DNA of 64,000 bases, from NCBI GenBank assembly GCA_963818475.1, contig CAWFSF010000006.1, positions 2,144,001 through 2,208,000 on the forward strand, in the 5' to 3' direction. Shown piece by piece: positions 52,277-62,611 of this stretch (positions within the stretch are counted from its first letter, which is position 1; every line of letters begins with the position of its first letter). The position numbers and the translations under genes were made by a program. The notes below the pieces were generated by a model that saw only the letters and a program-made list of their open reading frames with translations, made no database searches and was not told the origin of the DNA. Origin of the DNA: Nitrospirota bacterium. GTDB lineage: Bacteria > Nitrospirota > UBA9217.

Positions 52277-53387
52277 CCTCCGACTCGGTCAGCCCGTAAG
52301 ACTCGATGACCTCATCGATGTCAACACGATCGATGTTCAGAAGTTCGGCGAACTTGCCGCGCGAAATCAGCCCCTTCCGCAAGCACTTGACCGCAAGCAG
52401 TATAAAGCGCTCCGATACGGGAATTTTATCGCCCTCGCCTTTTCTGATGCGGCGATCCAGCATCAGCAAGTCGTCGCTTTTCACCAGGGCCTCGGCCTGC
52501 TCCCACTGAATAAGGTGCAAAGTAACCATGCGATAAACCAATGCTTGCGTGGAAACGCCGAATTCACGGGCCACGTCTATGAGATCGGAGAGTGTAAGTC
52601 TGTGGTCCGTTACGCGGCTGCTCAATTCCCCCCTCACTTCGTTTTCCGGCAAGAGAAGGGTTGCGGCGAAACGATCCGCCTTTTTCTCGAGGTCTCCGAA
52701 TAGAGCGCCATTCTTTTCCATCTCGTCCGGCGGGCAAATATTCCAGGTCAAAATATGAAAAAGCTCATGCGCTAAGGTAAAATTTATCCGCCATGGAGCT
52801 TCTTCACTGTTCACCACGATAGAGGCGCCGAATTCCGGATGCACCGTCGATGCCGCCGAACCGAATTCCGACAGTTCCACGAAAAGAATTTTTATGCGGA
52901 GCATTTGCTCCATTACTTTCTGAAGCGCAAACGCCGGTCTGCCGCCGATGTTGAATATGTTTCCTACCCTGTTCGCCAGGGTATCTATTTCGGAATTGGT
53001 ACGGATGTTCTCGGGAGAAACCCGCAGGAGGTTGCCGGCCCCCTTATTCTCAAGACCGAGCAGGTTTTCAAGAAGTTGATACTGCTCGATGCGCTGCTTG
53101 ATTAAGGCCTCTCTTTCCAATTTCTTCTCGTTTGCGGGGGCCTTTCTCCAGAGGAAATGGACCTCCGGCAGCGTCTCATCGCCACCCAGGAGCAAGCTGT
53201 TCAGGTTGCAGAAATATGTTTTAGCGAACAGTATCAATTCATTCGCCTTGACCTCGCGTTCACCCTTCTCTATGCTGCTTAAAGTTTGGTAGTTCTGAAA
53301 GCCGAGCCGTGCGGCTGCGTCGCTAAGCGCCAATCCTGCCGCTTCTCTCGCTCTTTTAAGGCGATCAGCTAATTCCGTTCGAGACAT
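52248..53387 (-). CDS. XRE-HTH + ImmA/IrrE Zn metallopeptidase (COG2856 type)
   Basis: RLKRAREAAGL HTH; RINFTLAHELFH; EKKADRFAATLLLP; FGVS. Confidence 0.9.
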   Translation of the reverse strand: MSRTELADRLKRAREAAGLALSDAAARLGFQNYQTLSSIEKGEREVKANELILFAKTYFCNLNSLLLGGDETLPEVHFLWRKAPANEKKLEREALIKQRIEQYQLLENLLGLENKGAGNLLRVSPENIRTNSEIDTLANRVGNIFNIGGRPAFALQKVMEQMLRIKILFVELSEFGSAASTVHPEFGASIVVNSEEAPWRINFTLAHELFHILTWNICPPDEMEKNGALFGDLEKKADRFAATLLLPENEVRGELSSRVTDHRLTLSDLIDVAREFGVSTQALVYRMVTLHLIQWEQAEALVKSDDLLMLDRRIRKGEGDKIPVSERFILLAVKCLRKGLISRGKFAELLNIDRVDIDEVIESYGLTESEGESVEIVAA

Positions 53388-53447
53388 AACAATTTCCCCT
53401 TTCCCGACATTCGGCCGCCTCAAGTTAGTTTGCCTGTTCCTGTATAG

Positions 53448-53476
53448 AATATACTTTTATTATATTAAATTGTCAA
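53448..53476 (-). promoter_or_regulatory. sigma70 promoter of the XRE/IrrE-PIN pair
   Basis: TTGACA-N17-TATATT on the minus strand. Confidence 0.55.
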
Positions 53477-53574
53477 TAAGATAATATTTTCTTATACAGC
53501 ATATAATGCATGTATCTATATGTATTTTAAGTATTTTTATATATCATTAGACGGTGATAAATACGATCGGAGTA

Positions 53575-53611
53575 CCCTCTCCCCGAGGGGAGAGGATAAA
53601 AATGAGAGGGG
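53575..53611. repeat. CCCTCTCCC-type REP-like hairpin
   Basis: CCCTCTCCCCGAGGGGAGAGG..TGAGAGGGG. Confidence 0.6.
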
Positions 53612-53643
53612 TTATCGCTGTTGACCTACTAAATACTCTTTTT

Positions 53644-56342
53644 TTACTTCGCCATCCCCCGAAGCGTCTCTTCCAGCTCCTTCAGGTGCTTCCCGTACGC
53701 TGCCCAATCTTCCTTCCGGAGCGCTTCACGCGCCTTGCGCAGCTGCTCCAGCGCCCGGGAGCCCAGTTCCTTGGGGTTGATAATGATCGCGGCCGGGCCG
53801 CTTCTCGGTCATCCGCATGCTCGGCAGCGTGCCGCTGAAGAGGCGCTGGATCGAGGCGTCCAGCGTTTCCTCCATGACCACGTCGTTCCCGTAGGCGACA
53901 ATGACCCTGCGGAGCTCCGGCAGGCCTCCCTTGTCCGTGGCAACCAGGTAGAGCGGCTGCACGTAGATGAGCGAGTCCTCCATCGGGATGATCAGGAGGC
54001 TGCCGCGGATCACATCGGAACCGCTCTGTCCCCAGAGCGTGAGCTGCTGCGAGATGTAGGAGTCCTGGTCGATGCGCGCGTCGATCTGGCGCGGCCCGAA
54101 GACCAGCCGGTCCCTGGGGAAGGTAAAGACCGTGACCTTGCCGTAGTTCTCGCCGTCGCACCGCGCCGCCATCCAGGCAGCCAGGTTGTCCCGCTTTGAC
54201 GGGGTAAAGGGCAGAAGCAGGATGAACTCCTCCGCCTTGTCGCCCGGAAGCCTGGTGATGAGGTAATAGGGCTCCATGGTCTTTTCGCGGTACGACGGGA
54301 TCTCCCAGAGGTCTTCTTTATTGTAGAACACCGCCGGATCGGTCATATGGAAGGTCGTGAACATCCGCGCCTGGATCTGGAGCAGGGCGCGCGGATAGCG
54401 GATGTGCTTCCGGAGATCGGCGGGCATTTCCGTCAGCGGCTTGAACACGTTCGGGAAGACCGCTGCATAGGCCCGGGCCAGGACGTCCTGCTGGTCGACC
54501 ACATAGAACACGACGCTGCCGTCATAGGCATCGACGACCACCTTGACCGAGTTGCGGATATAGTTGGCCCCGCCGGCAAGCGGTTTTGAATAGGGAAGGC
54601 TGCTGCTCTGCGTGTAGGCGTCGATGATCCAGGACAGTCTGCCGTCGTCTCCCACGACCATGTAGGGATCGGGATCGTAGGACAGGAACGGCGCGATCCT
54701 GGCCACGCGGTCCAGGATGGTGCGGTTATAGATGATGCGGCTGTCGTCGGTCACATCGCTGGACAGGAAGATCTTGAGGTTCCCGAAGTAGGAGGCATAA
54801 AGAAGCCGCTTCAGGAAGGACGTAAGCCTCACTCCCCCGCTTCCCGAGTAAACGGTATAGACGTTCTCCTTGGTCGTGGGATAGCTGAACTCCCTGGTCT
54901 TCGTGTTCACGATCACGTAGTCATTGGGGCTTTCGCCGTAGTAGATCTCGGGACGGGTCACCTTCGGCCCTGCGCTCGAGACCGGCGGGATGTCCTTGAT
55001 AAAGAACTCCGGCAGGCCTTCCCGGGTGATGCCGCTCACGGGCCCCATGGCATAGGCCGAAACCGTGGGTGAACACGAGCCGCTCGTTGATCCACGATTT
55101 GTTCGGCAGGTCCGCGTAGGACAGCTCCCGCGGGGACAGCATTGTCTGCAGATATTTGCCGTTCACGGTATAGCGGTCGTTGTCCACGTCGCTGAAGTGG
55201 TAGTAGGTCCTGATCTGCTGCAGCTGGCTGTAGGTCTTGAGCAGCGGGTCCTCGTCCCAGAGCCTGATGTTCTGGATCGTGGACAGGTTCTTCCTGATGT
55301 CCGTGAAAGCCAGCTGCTTGTCCGCGGCAAAGGGCTGCAGTTCCATATGCTCCAGGCCATAGCCGTAGCGGGTGAATTTGATATGGTCCGCGATGTAAGG
55401 CAGCTCGAGCACGCTCTCGTTCGGCGAGACCTGGAAGCTCTGGACCGTCTGGGGATAGACCTTGAGCCCCAGGAAATAGACGCCGCTAAGCACGGCAAGC
55501 GCGATGAGCGGCAGAACAAAGGACCGCTTCGCCGCAACGAACGGCAGCAGGATCGCCGTGGCAAGGCTAAGCACGGCCATGACGGTCAGCATCAAAAGCC
55601 GCACATGCACATCGGTGTACGAGGCGCCGTAGAGCACGCCGTGTTCCGTGGTCATGAGGCCGTAGCGGTCGAGCGCAAAGCTGAAGGACAGGCTGATCAG
55701 GAACAGCGATATCAGGATTGCCAGATGGCGTTTCACCGCCGGGTCCACGGAAAGGAATTTGCCCAGCCACACGACGCCGCCGCGAGAAATATAAAGCACG
55801 ACGACGAGAAGGGCGGCAAACACCAGCATGCTGCGCACCATGGTGTTCAGCATGTTTACAAAGGGAAAGGAGAACAGATAGAACGAGATGTCCTTGTTAA
55901 AGAGCGGGTCGGCAAGGCCTGCAGGCACGCTGTTCAGAAACAGGAGCGCCTGTTCCCAGTACTGCATCCCCACGGTGAACGAGAGCAGGAACATAAAGCC
56001 GGACACGCCAAAAGCGAGCCACCCCATCATCCGGTCCAGGTCGAGGTGCTGCAACTGCGGCACACTCTGCCAGAGCGGGTTCACGCCGCGGAGCGGAAAG
56101 GATTGGCGCCGCGCCACCGTGAGGTTGATGAGGAAGACGACAAACGCGACCGCGCCGAACAGCAGGCCGGTCAGCAGCTTCGCCTGAAAGGTCTTGCTGA
56201 AGACCGCAGCGTAGCCGACCTCCTGGAAGAACAGCCAGTCGGCGATAAAGGTGATGATCTGGCGCGATGTGACCAGGAGAATGAACCCCACGATAGCGGC
56301 AATGATAAGCCCCCGGTTCCCCTGTCTTTTTTTACTCTGCAT
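53644..56342 (-). CDS. UPF0182 (COG1615) membrane protein (frameshifts near 55050 and 53790)
   Basis: DPLFNKDISFY, GASYTDV, NIRLWD, DVDNDRY, WINERLVFTHG, RPEIYYGE, NYIRNSVK, RYP, GSDVIRG. Confidence 0.9.
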
Positions 56343-56479
56343 AGTATCTCCTTCGTGAGATCGTTAAGAATGAGATCGTACCAACGTCAGACATCGGTAC
56401 AGGAATGACGTAATAGGGTTACTGTAGCGGAATTTTACGCAGGTGGCAAGGAAAAGCGAGACGGAAAAACATAAATCAT

Positions 56480-56671
56480 TTGGACACGGAAGAAGCGGAT
56501 GAACTGCGGATAAAGGCGGATAAATCGACATCATCCTCTCCCCTTGCGGGAGAGGACTGAGGTGAGGTGGCCAGGTTTACAACAAATTCAATTTAACCGC
56601 AGAGACGCGGAGGCGCAGAGGAAATCCTCATTATTTTATTGTCTTTCTCGGCGTCTCCGCGTCTCGGCGGT
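56480..56671. repeat. compound cluster of three different palindromic element types
   Basis: GGACACGGAAGAAGCGGAT..GCGGAT..GCGGAT arm; CCTCTCCCCTTGCGGGAGAGG; AACCGCAGAGACGCGGAGGCGCAGAG ... CTCGGCGTCTCCGCGTCTCGGCGGT. Confidence 0.82.
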
Positions 56672-56681
56672 GGATTATGTT

Positions 56682-57578
56682 CTATCCCAGCTTCTGCCGG
56701 ATGAACTGCCCGATCTTCTCGATGGCCTCTTTTCCCTCCGCCAGCCGGTAAGCAAAGGCGTGGAACACATGCCACAAACCCTCCCAGACCTCCAGCGTCA
56801 CCTCGACACCGGCAGCCTTCGCCCGCTCCGCCACACGCTTCGAATCGTCCAGCATGATCTCGTCGCTGCCCACGTGGATCAGGAGCGGCGGCAGGCCCTG
56901 CATGTCGGCATAGAGCGGCGAGATGAGCGGATGGCGCAGGTCTTTTCCGCCTGCATAGAGCGCGGCATGAAATCGGTTCATCTCATCGGTGAGCCAGGGG
57001 TCGGCCTCGGCGCGGGTGACAACCGACTCCCCGGTGCCTGCAAGGTCGGTCCAGGGCGAGATCAGCACGCCGCCTGCCGGGAGCGGAACATGAGCATCGC
57101 GCAAAGAGACCAGCGTGGACAGGGCAAGGCCGCCGCCTGCGGAAAAACCGACGAGAATGATGCGGCTGTGCGAAATGCCCTGGTCAAGCAGCCAGCGATA
57201 GGCAGTGATCGTATCCTCAAGCGCGGCAGGGAATGGATCTTCCGGCGCCAGGCGGTAGTCGATGACCAGCACGCGGCAACCCGAGGCAGCCGAGAGAAAT
57301 GATGCGATCACATGGGTCGCTTTGCTCGATCCCATGGTATAGCCGCCGCCATGGAGGCAAAGGATGACCCTATCCGCAGCCGCACCAGGAGCGCTGACCC
57401 ATTCGCCCGGCACGTCGCCTGCGATGACCGGCTCAACCGTAGTATCAGGCTGCAGCGGCACCCAGCTCGAAAGCCCTTCGAGATTGGCCCGTGCTTCCTT
57501 AATGGAGGTCGGCAAGGGGGCGCTTTTTAGGTTTTGCTTCAACCAGCGCCTGATGCGATCTTTTTCCCGATTTGCCAC
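56682..57578 (-). CDS. HSL-family alpha/beta hydrolase (esterase)
   Basis: LHGGGY, DYRLAPE, GFSAGG, DEIMLDDS, GLWHVF. Confidence 0.9.
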   Translation of the reverse strand: MANREKDRIRRWLKQNLKSAPLPTSIKEARANLEGLSSWVPLQPDTTVEPVIAGDVPGEWVSAPGAAADRVILCLHGGGYTMGSSKATHVIASFLSAASGCRVLVIDYRLAPEDPFPAALEDTITAYRWLLDQGISHSRIILVGFSAGGGLALSTLVSLRDAHVPLPAGGVLISPWTDLAGTGESVVTRAEADPWLTDEMNRFHAALYAGGKDLRHPLISPLYADMQGLPPLLIHVGSDEIMLDDSKRVAERAKAAGVEVTLEVWEGLWHVFHAFAYRLAEGKEAIEKIGQFIRQKLG

Positions 57579-57651
57579 GGCTTAGAGCCTCTCCTTTTGA
57601 CAATCAAGCACGATGCTCATTACCCTTCTTTAAACTACCCCTTCACCCCAT

Positions 57652-58395
57652 TCACGCCTGGCCCGGATCGCACGACATGAAACCGGCCCCGATCTGTTCG
57701 AAGATGAAAAACTTGATCAGGGCGCTGTCCTCCAGCGAAATATTCACGAACTTCAACCCCATGCCCGGTTCGGAAAAGGGGCCTTCCTCGAAGGAGACGA
57801 TATAAAGCACTTCAGCCTCGAGGCTTACGACCCTGTCTCCAAAGAAAACGTCTATCGCGACGCGCGTTTTCACCGGCTTGGGCTCCAGTGTCCGGAAGAA
57901 CATGCCGTACTTTGACAGCACGGTCACAAATCCCTGAATAGCGCCATCCCCGGTCCCATCCCGCAGTTCCGCCGGAAGGGCGGTGGCAATCCTGATGTTT
58001 TCGCGCGTGCCCCGCTCGATCGCCTTCTGAACGATCGTGAAAACCTCGTCAGCATTGACAGGTGTACGAAGCAGTCCGGCGAACTCACCCTGCCGCAGGC
58101 GTTCATCGAGACCACGATCGGGTCCGGATACGACCATGACGAGCGGCACATCCCTGAACCGTGCGTCCGCCTTCAGCCGGGCAGTCAGGTCTGCCCCGAC
58201 CCCCCCTGCTTCCGCAAAAACCGCTACAGCCGGCGCCACACACAGGAACTCGACCCCTTCACTGGCACTGCTCGTGCTTGCAACCGTGTAGCCGAAACGC
58301 TGCAAGAGCATGCTCAGGGTGAAGCGCTCGTTCCAGTCAGCGTCCACAACCAGGATGTACCGCGTCTGTCCGCCTGCCAGGTCTGGTTTGTTCAT
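57652..58395 (-). CDS. degenerate receiver domain + PilZ domain protein
   Basis: YILVVDAD, VPLVMVVS, then RENIR, VLSKYG, GMGLKF; SD AAGGAG before ATG 58395. Confidence 0.78.
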   Translation of the reverse strand: MNKPDLAGGQTRYILVVDADWNERFTLSMLLQRFGYTVASTSSASEGVEFLCVAPAVAVFAEAGGVGADLTARLKADARFRDVPLVMVVSGPDRGLDERLRQGEFAGLLRTPVNADEVFTIVQKAIERGTRENIRIATALPAELRDGTGDGAIQGFVTVLSKYGMFFRTLEPKPVKTRVAIDVFFGDRVVSLEAEVLYIVSFEEGPFSEPGMGLKFVNISLEDSALIKFFIFEQIGAGFMSCDPGQA

Positions 58396-58493
58396 AATAA
58401 CTCTCCTTATTCGGTATCGCCTCCGCACCGGAGCTCGCAGCATAAAAAATACATGGACCATTGTCGCATTACAAGAGGCGTGAAAAGGTTCGC

Positions 58494-59299
58494 TTACGCT
58501 GAAACCATTGCGATCACCGCTTTGACAAACTCCTCCGGCTTTTCCACCTGCGGCATATGACCTGCGCCGTCGATCGTGATGAGCCTGGCCCCGGGTATCC
58601 ACTTTTGAAGCGCATCTGCCTGCTTCAAGGTCGCCAGGCCGTCCTCTGCGCCCCACACCAGCAGCGTTGGAGACTGTCGACTTCGACAGCGGTGAATTAT
58701 GGTTCATGATCGTATCGAACGAGATCCTGGAATAGGCCATGGTGTTCTGCTCGATCTTTTCGAGAAAGCCGGCAGGCAGTTTGGCAGGGTTTGCAAAGGA
58801 CCGTTTCAGGGTCTTTCTGGAAAAAGTAAGATTGCGAATAAGTGCACGAAATCCCTGATTCACCCCGGGCAGCGAAATAAGCTTTTTCATGAAATCCGGG
58901 AATGATCGGCATGTATCCTCCGTCCACGAGCACAAGCTTTGAGACCATCTGCGGATGGTCATTCTCGAACTTGATGGCAACGCCTGCGCCAAACGAATTT
59001 CCAACAACCGTAGCGCGGTTGAGATGCAGCGCGTCAAGAAGTTCCTTGAGCATCGTTGCCATGCCTGACAGCGTGGGCGTGGATAGTTTCTCCGACTGGC
59101 CGAACCCCGGGAGGTCGGGAGCAATGACCGTGTACGACTGCGCGAGCTGGTCCCATACCCTGTTCCAGGACATTTCAGCATCTCCCCATGCCGCATGGAG
59201 CAAGAGCAGAGCCGGACCTGAACCGCCTTTCCAGAAGTGCACCTTCCGTCCCGTAAGCGTGAGAGACTGCTCTTGCACGATTGATGATCGCTCGCTCAT
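58494..59299 (-). CDS. alpha/beta hydrolase (frameshifts near 58890 and 58680)
   Basis: LLLLHAA, PDLPGFG.S, GNSFGA, LLVWGAED, GAGHMPQVEKP. Confidence 0.78.
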
Positions 59300-59321
59300 A
59301 AGGACCTCCCCTTAAGAGAAT

Positions 59322-59422
59322 CTTTGACACGGATAACGGCGGATTAAATTATGAAAAAGCAGGATAATGCCTGGCCGTATCCGCCCTTATCATAGCTTTT
59401 ATCCGCTTCTTCCGTGTCAAAG
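59322..59422. repeat. palindromic element, GACACGGA type
   Basis: CTTTGACACGGA ... TCCGTGTCAAAG with internal GCGGAT/ATCCGC units. Confidence 0.82.
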
Positions 59423-59452
59423 GTTTACGCCTTGGTTGTCGCCATAGACACC

Positions 59453-59882
59453 CTATGATCTGCCACGAACAGACGCCCGCATCCTCAGATAGCGCCACAT
59501 GAACAGGAGCACAAAGGATATGGGCCAGAGCAGCAGAAAGGGCCAGTGGACCGCAGAACCATGCTGGGCCGAAATGATGAGCACGACAGCGCTCGTAGTA
59601 TAGTAAAGAAAAACGCCGGGCATGAACACCCACATATTCCTCCACCACGCCGTCAGGAAAAGAACTAGCCAGCGGGACGCCGAACAAGGGCGGGTCCATG
59701 CTCCCCTGCAGCACATAGATCATGGAGACGCAGAGAAGCGGCCAGACGACGGCCAGCAGCGAGCTGCGCCAGTCCCGGTGCTGCCGGTGGTCCCGGACGA
59801 TCATGAAGATCTGGAAGATCGGGAACCAGGGACCTGAAAAGAACACCTTTGCGCCAACCAACCACCAATACGTTCCAACCAT
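59453..59882 (-). CDS. hypothetical membrane protein (frameshift near 59670)
   Basis: Hydrophobic segments continue from ORF 59349..59897 into ORF 59453..59716. Confidence 0.45.
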
Positions 59883-59907
59883 TATACCCCCAGACAATCA
59901 AAACCAT

Positions 59908-60014
59908 TTTTGCCACGAAGGCACGAAGACACTAAGAGAACATTAGACTAAATGTTTAATAAAAACCAGAATCATGATCCGGCATTTTTTCGGCCTTCGT
60001 GCCTTCGTGGCAAA
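59908..60014. repeat. palindromic element, CACGAAG arms
   Basis: TTTGCCACGAAGGCACGAAG ... CTTCGTGCCTTCGTGGCAAA, a 20-bp perfect IR. Confidence 0.88.
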
Positions 60015-60043
60015 GCCATTGTTTTCATTTTGCTTCTAAAAAC

Positions 60044-60075
60044 AAAAAGGGCTGAGAAGAACTCTCAACCCTTTT
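60044..60075 (-). terminator. intrinsic terminator after hemerythrin
   Basis: AAAAAGGGCTGAGA-AGAAC-TCTCAACCCTTTT. Confidence 0.65.
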
Positions 60076-60095
60076 AAAGACCATCCCCGGTTTTC

Positions 60096-60503
60096 CTACA
60101 TTTTCAGTTTCAAGTACATGCCCAGCGCCCGGTCAGAGTACTTGATATGATTGACCAGCCAGTCAACGCACAAGTCCTTGATCTCCTGAGCGAGGAGGGC
60201 ATTAATGCCTTCCATCATGAGCCTGTCCTTGAGCTTCATGAATGTTCTCACGAACTGTTCGTGCTGGGCCTTATGCGCCGTGGCGCTCGAGTAATTGTAT
60301 TTCGCCATATACTTCTCTTCGTTCCCGAAATGAAACACCACATAGTCGGTCAGATACTGGACGATCTTTGACACCTCTTCCCGGGCAGTGGTTCCCTTGT
60401 CAACGGCAAGAAGCAGGCTGTTCACGCGAACGAACAGTTCCTTGTGCTGGGTGTCGATCTCCGACGATCCCGATGCTAGATTTTCACTCCAGTCCAAAGC
60501 CAT
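60096..60503 (-). CDS. bacteriohemerythrin
   Basis: W..IDTQH, HFGNEE, HKAQH, WLVNHI..D. Confidence 0.93.
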   Translation of the reverse strand: MALDWSENLASGSSEIDTQHKELFVRVNSLLLAVDKGTTAREEVSKIVQYLTDYVVFHFGNEEKYMAKYNYSSATAHKAQHEQFVRTFMKLKDRLMMEGINALLAQEIKDLCVDWLVNHIKYSDRALGMYLKLKM

Positions 60504-60677
60504 ATCAACGATACTCCTTATTCGTGTATTTTAAATTCGTCCATACTATACCATATTTATCGATAACGGTTCAAATCCGTTTTTCCGGAAAAGCGACTTG
60601 GTGACAGGCCTGGACCTCTACCATGGCATCGGCTTCCCGGCACTTATCCTCGCACGCTGACTCCGTGATTTTTCACC

Positions 60678-61664
60678 TTACTTCTCCCTCTTGCTGTTGG
60701 CAAAATCGGGATAGAGCCGGGTTACACAGTCGGGGCAGAGGCCGTGGGTAAACTCTGCGTCAGTATGCTCGCAGAGATAGGATTCAATGGTGTTCCAGTA
60801 ACCATTATCATCACGGATCTTTTTGCAGCCGGCGCAGATCGGCAGCAGCCCCTGCAGGGTCTTGACGTCATCAAGGGCCTTCCGCAGGTCCACGATCAGT
60901 TTCTCCCGTTCAATGGTCGCCTGCTTCCGCTCAGAGATATCGATGCAATACTCGATCACCTGCACGAGCTTTCCCCGGTCGTCAAAGATGGGGAAGCAAT
61001 GGACCTCCATGTCACGGCATTTGCCGTCACCGACACAATGCGTATGCTCCACGGTCGCGGGCTGGCCCGTTTCCTTCACCTTTTCAAAGGGGCAGGGATG
61101 AGCGCTGCCGTTGCACGGCGCATCGCAGTGATGAGAGAGCTCATGACAGGTCATATTCTTCGGCAATTTGCCCGGATAGGCTGCGTAGTTCGCCAGCTTG
61201 AGCTGATAGGTCTCGGCGTCAATGACCGTGAAGGAGTGCGGCAGCGCATCGATCACCGCGGTCAGGAAGGCATTCTGTTTCCGGATCTTGTCCTCGGCAG
61301 CCTTAAGGTCTGTAATATCCTTGATGATCAGCACCACGCCGACACATTCGCCTTTTTCATAAAAGGGCGAGATCGAGATCTGCGTCTGGCGCACCTCTCC
61401 CGACTTGGTCCTCGTCTCCGCATCCTTGTGCAGGATCGGCGTCTGCTCCCGCATGACTTGTTTCAGCGGACACTTGCCGTTGCAGAGCTCGGATTGCTCG
61501 CAGAAGATATCCTGGCAGACCTGCCCCACGGATTCCTGCGGGGAGAAGCCGGTCAACCCTTCCGCTGCTGTGTTCGCGTAGAGGATGTCCATGTCCCGGT
61601 CAACAACATATACCGATTCGCTCATGCTGTTCAGGATCGCTTCATGGAGATTGATGAATTTCAT
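60678..61664 (-). CDS. tandem Cys-rich PAS sensor with C-terminal CxxC..CxxC domain
   Basis: Two PAS domains; PICAGCKKIRD..W..THGLCPDC; no kinase domain. Confidence 0.8.
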   Translation of the reverse strand: MKFINLHEAILNSMSESVYVVDRDMDILYANTAAEGLTGFSPQESVGQVCQDIFCEQSELCNGKCPLKQVMREQTPILHKDAETRTKSGEVRQTQISISPFYEKGECVGVVLIIKDITDLKAAEDKIRKQNAFLTAVIDALPHSFTVIDAETYQLKLANYAAYPGKLPKNMTCHELSHHCDAPCNGSAHPCPFEKVKETGQPATVEHTHCVGDGKCRDMEVHCFPIFDDRGKLVQVIEYCIDISERKQATIEREKLIVDLRKALDDVKTLQGLLPICAGCKKIRDDNGYWNTIESYLCEHTDAEFTHGLCPDCVTRLYPDFANSKREK

Positions 61665-61830
61665 CTGACTGTACCTGTGCCGGAATGTAAACCCTTTTGC
61701 GGGAATTGCGGCCCTTCCTGTTGAACTAAAGTATTATACAACTCCAGGTGGCGGTTCCGCATCATCTTTTTTCAGGGTACTACTGCGTTGAGACGCCGTT
61801 TGATTTCGGCTTAGGGTCCGGCTTGTCCGG

Positions 61831-62382
61831 CTAGAAAGTTTTCCTGAGGATCGCCGACCTGCTGATCCTGACCAGGGGAGCTTCTTCGACCGTGAATCCG
61901 GCTGCACGGGCGTGGGTGATGATCCTTTGAAATTCCGGGGCAGTAACATGGATGCGCGGCTCGACCAGAAGCACGCTCCCTGACGGATTCAACACCGAGA
62001 AAACCTGGCCCAGGAACTTCCGTACATCAGCCACCTCATGTGCCATCCAGAAGGCGAGGGCGAAATCCACCGGGCCGGTCACGTGAATATCGTCCTGGGC
62101 CGCCCGCTGGAGCCGGATGCGTCCGGCAAGCCCGGCACGCTCGGCGCGTTTGTGGAGCGCATCAAGCATTTCCTGCTGCAAATCGACGCAGATGACCTTC
62201 CCCTGATCCCCCACCAGCTTTGCCATGGCCAGGGAAAAGAAACCCATGCCGCTGCCGAGGTCAATCGCGGTCATTCCTTCGCGGACATGGGGAGCGAGTA
62301 TTTTTTCAGGTTCATGCATGATGCGGCGGAACGGGCTAGCAAGCGCATAGCCCAGCCACCAGGGGCACGTATGATGGTTCAT
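61831..62382 (-). CDS. class I SAM-dependent methyltransferase
   Basis: HTCPWW, DLGSGMG, VDLQ, FWMAHEV. Confidence 0.88.
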   Translation of the reverse strand: MNHHTCPWWLGYALASPFRRIMHEPEKILAPHVREGMTAIDLGSGMGFFSLAMAKLVGDQGKVICVDLQQEMLDALHKRAERAGLAGRIRLQRAAQDDIHVTGPVDFALAFWMAHEVADVRKFLGQVFSVLNPSGSVLLVEPRIHVTAPEFQRIITHARAAGFTVEEAPLVRISRSAILRKTF

Positions 62383-62416
62383 CTTTTTTCCGTCCTTTTT
62401 ACTCTAAAAACAGCAT

Positions 62417-62600
62417 TTGGGACACGGAAGCGGCGGATATTAACACCGGATAAAATCGGATAAACCTCAAGGTCACACATTCACCAATGGGGTTGAACCA
62501 CTTGTCAAACAAAGGATCCGCCGTTATCCGACTCTTATCCGATGTTATCCGTGTCAAAGGTTTTTTGGTTTACCTGTCCCTGTCCTCTGTCCTCTACCTT
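62417..62600. repeat. GACACGGA-type palindromic element plus a 7-nt CTGTCCT arm
   Basis: GGGACACGGAAGCGGCGGAT..CCGGAT..CGGAT ... ATCCG x4 ending ATCCGTGTCAAA; CCTGTCCCTGTCCTCTGTCCTCT. Confidence 0.78.
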
Positions 62601-62611
62601 ATAAACCTGCC

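Noticed and set aside
43000-53640. Prophage or integrative element with att sites
   Set aside because: No integrase, tRNA, phage genes or flanking direct repeat found by eye.
57130-57160. GFSAG instead of GDSAG as an inactive esterase
   Set aside because: The nucleophilic Ser, HGGG oxyanion motif and acid/His residues are all retained; GxSAG variants are common.
57652-59196. 514-aa ORF as a hydrolase-receiver-PilZ fusion
   Set aside because: It is an artefact of frameshifts in the upstream hydrolase; the receiver-PilZ gene has its own SD and ATG at 58395, and the hydrolase has its own stop at 58494.
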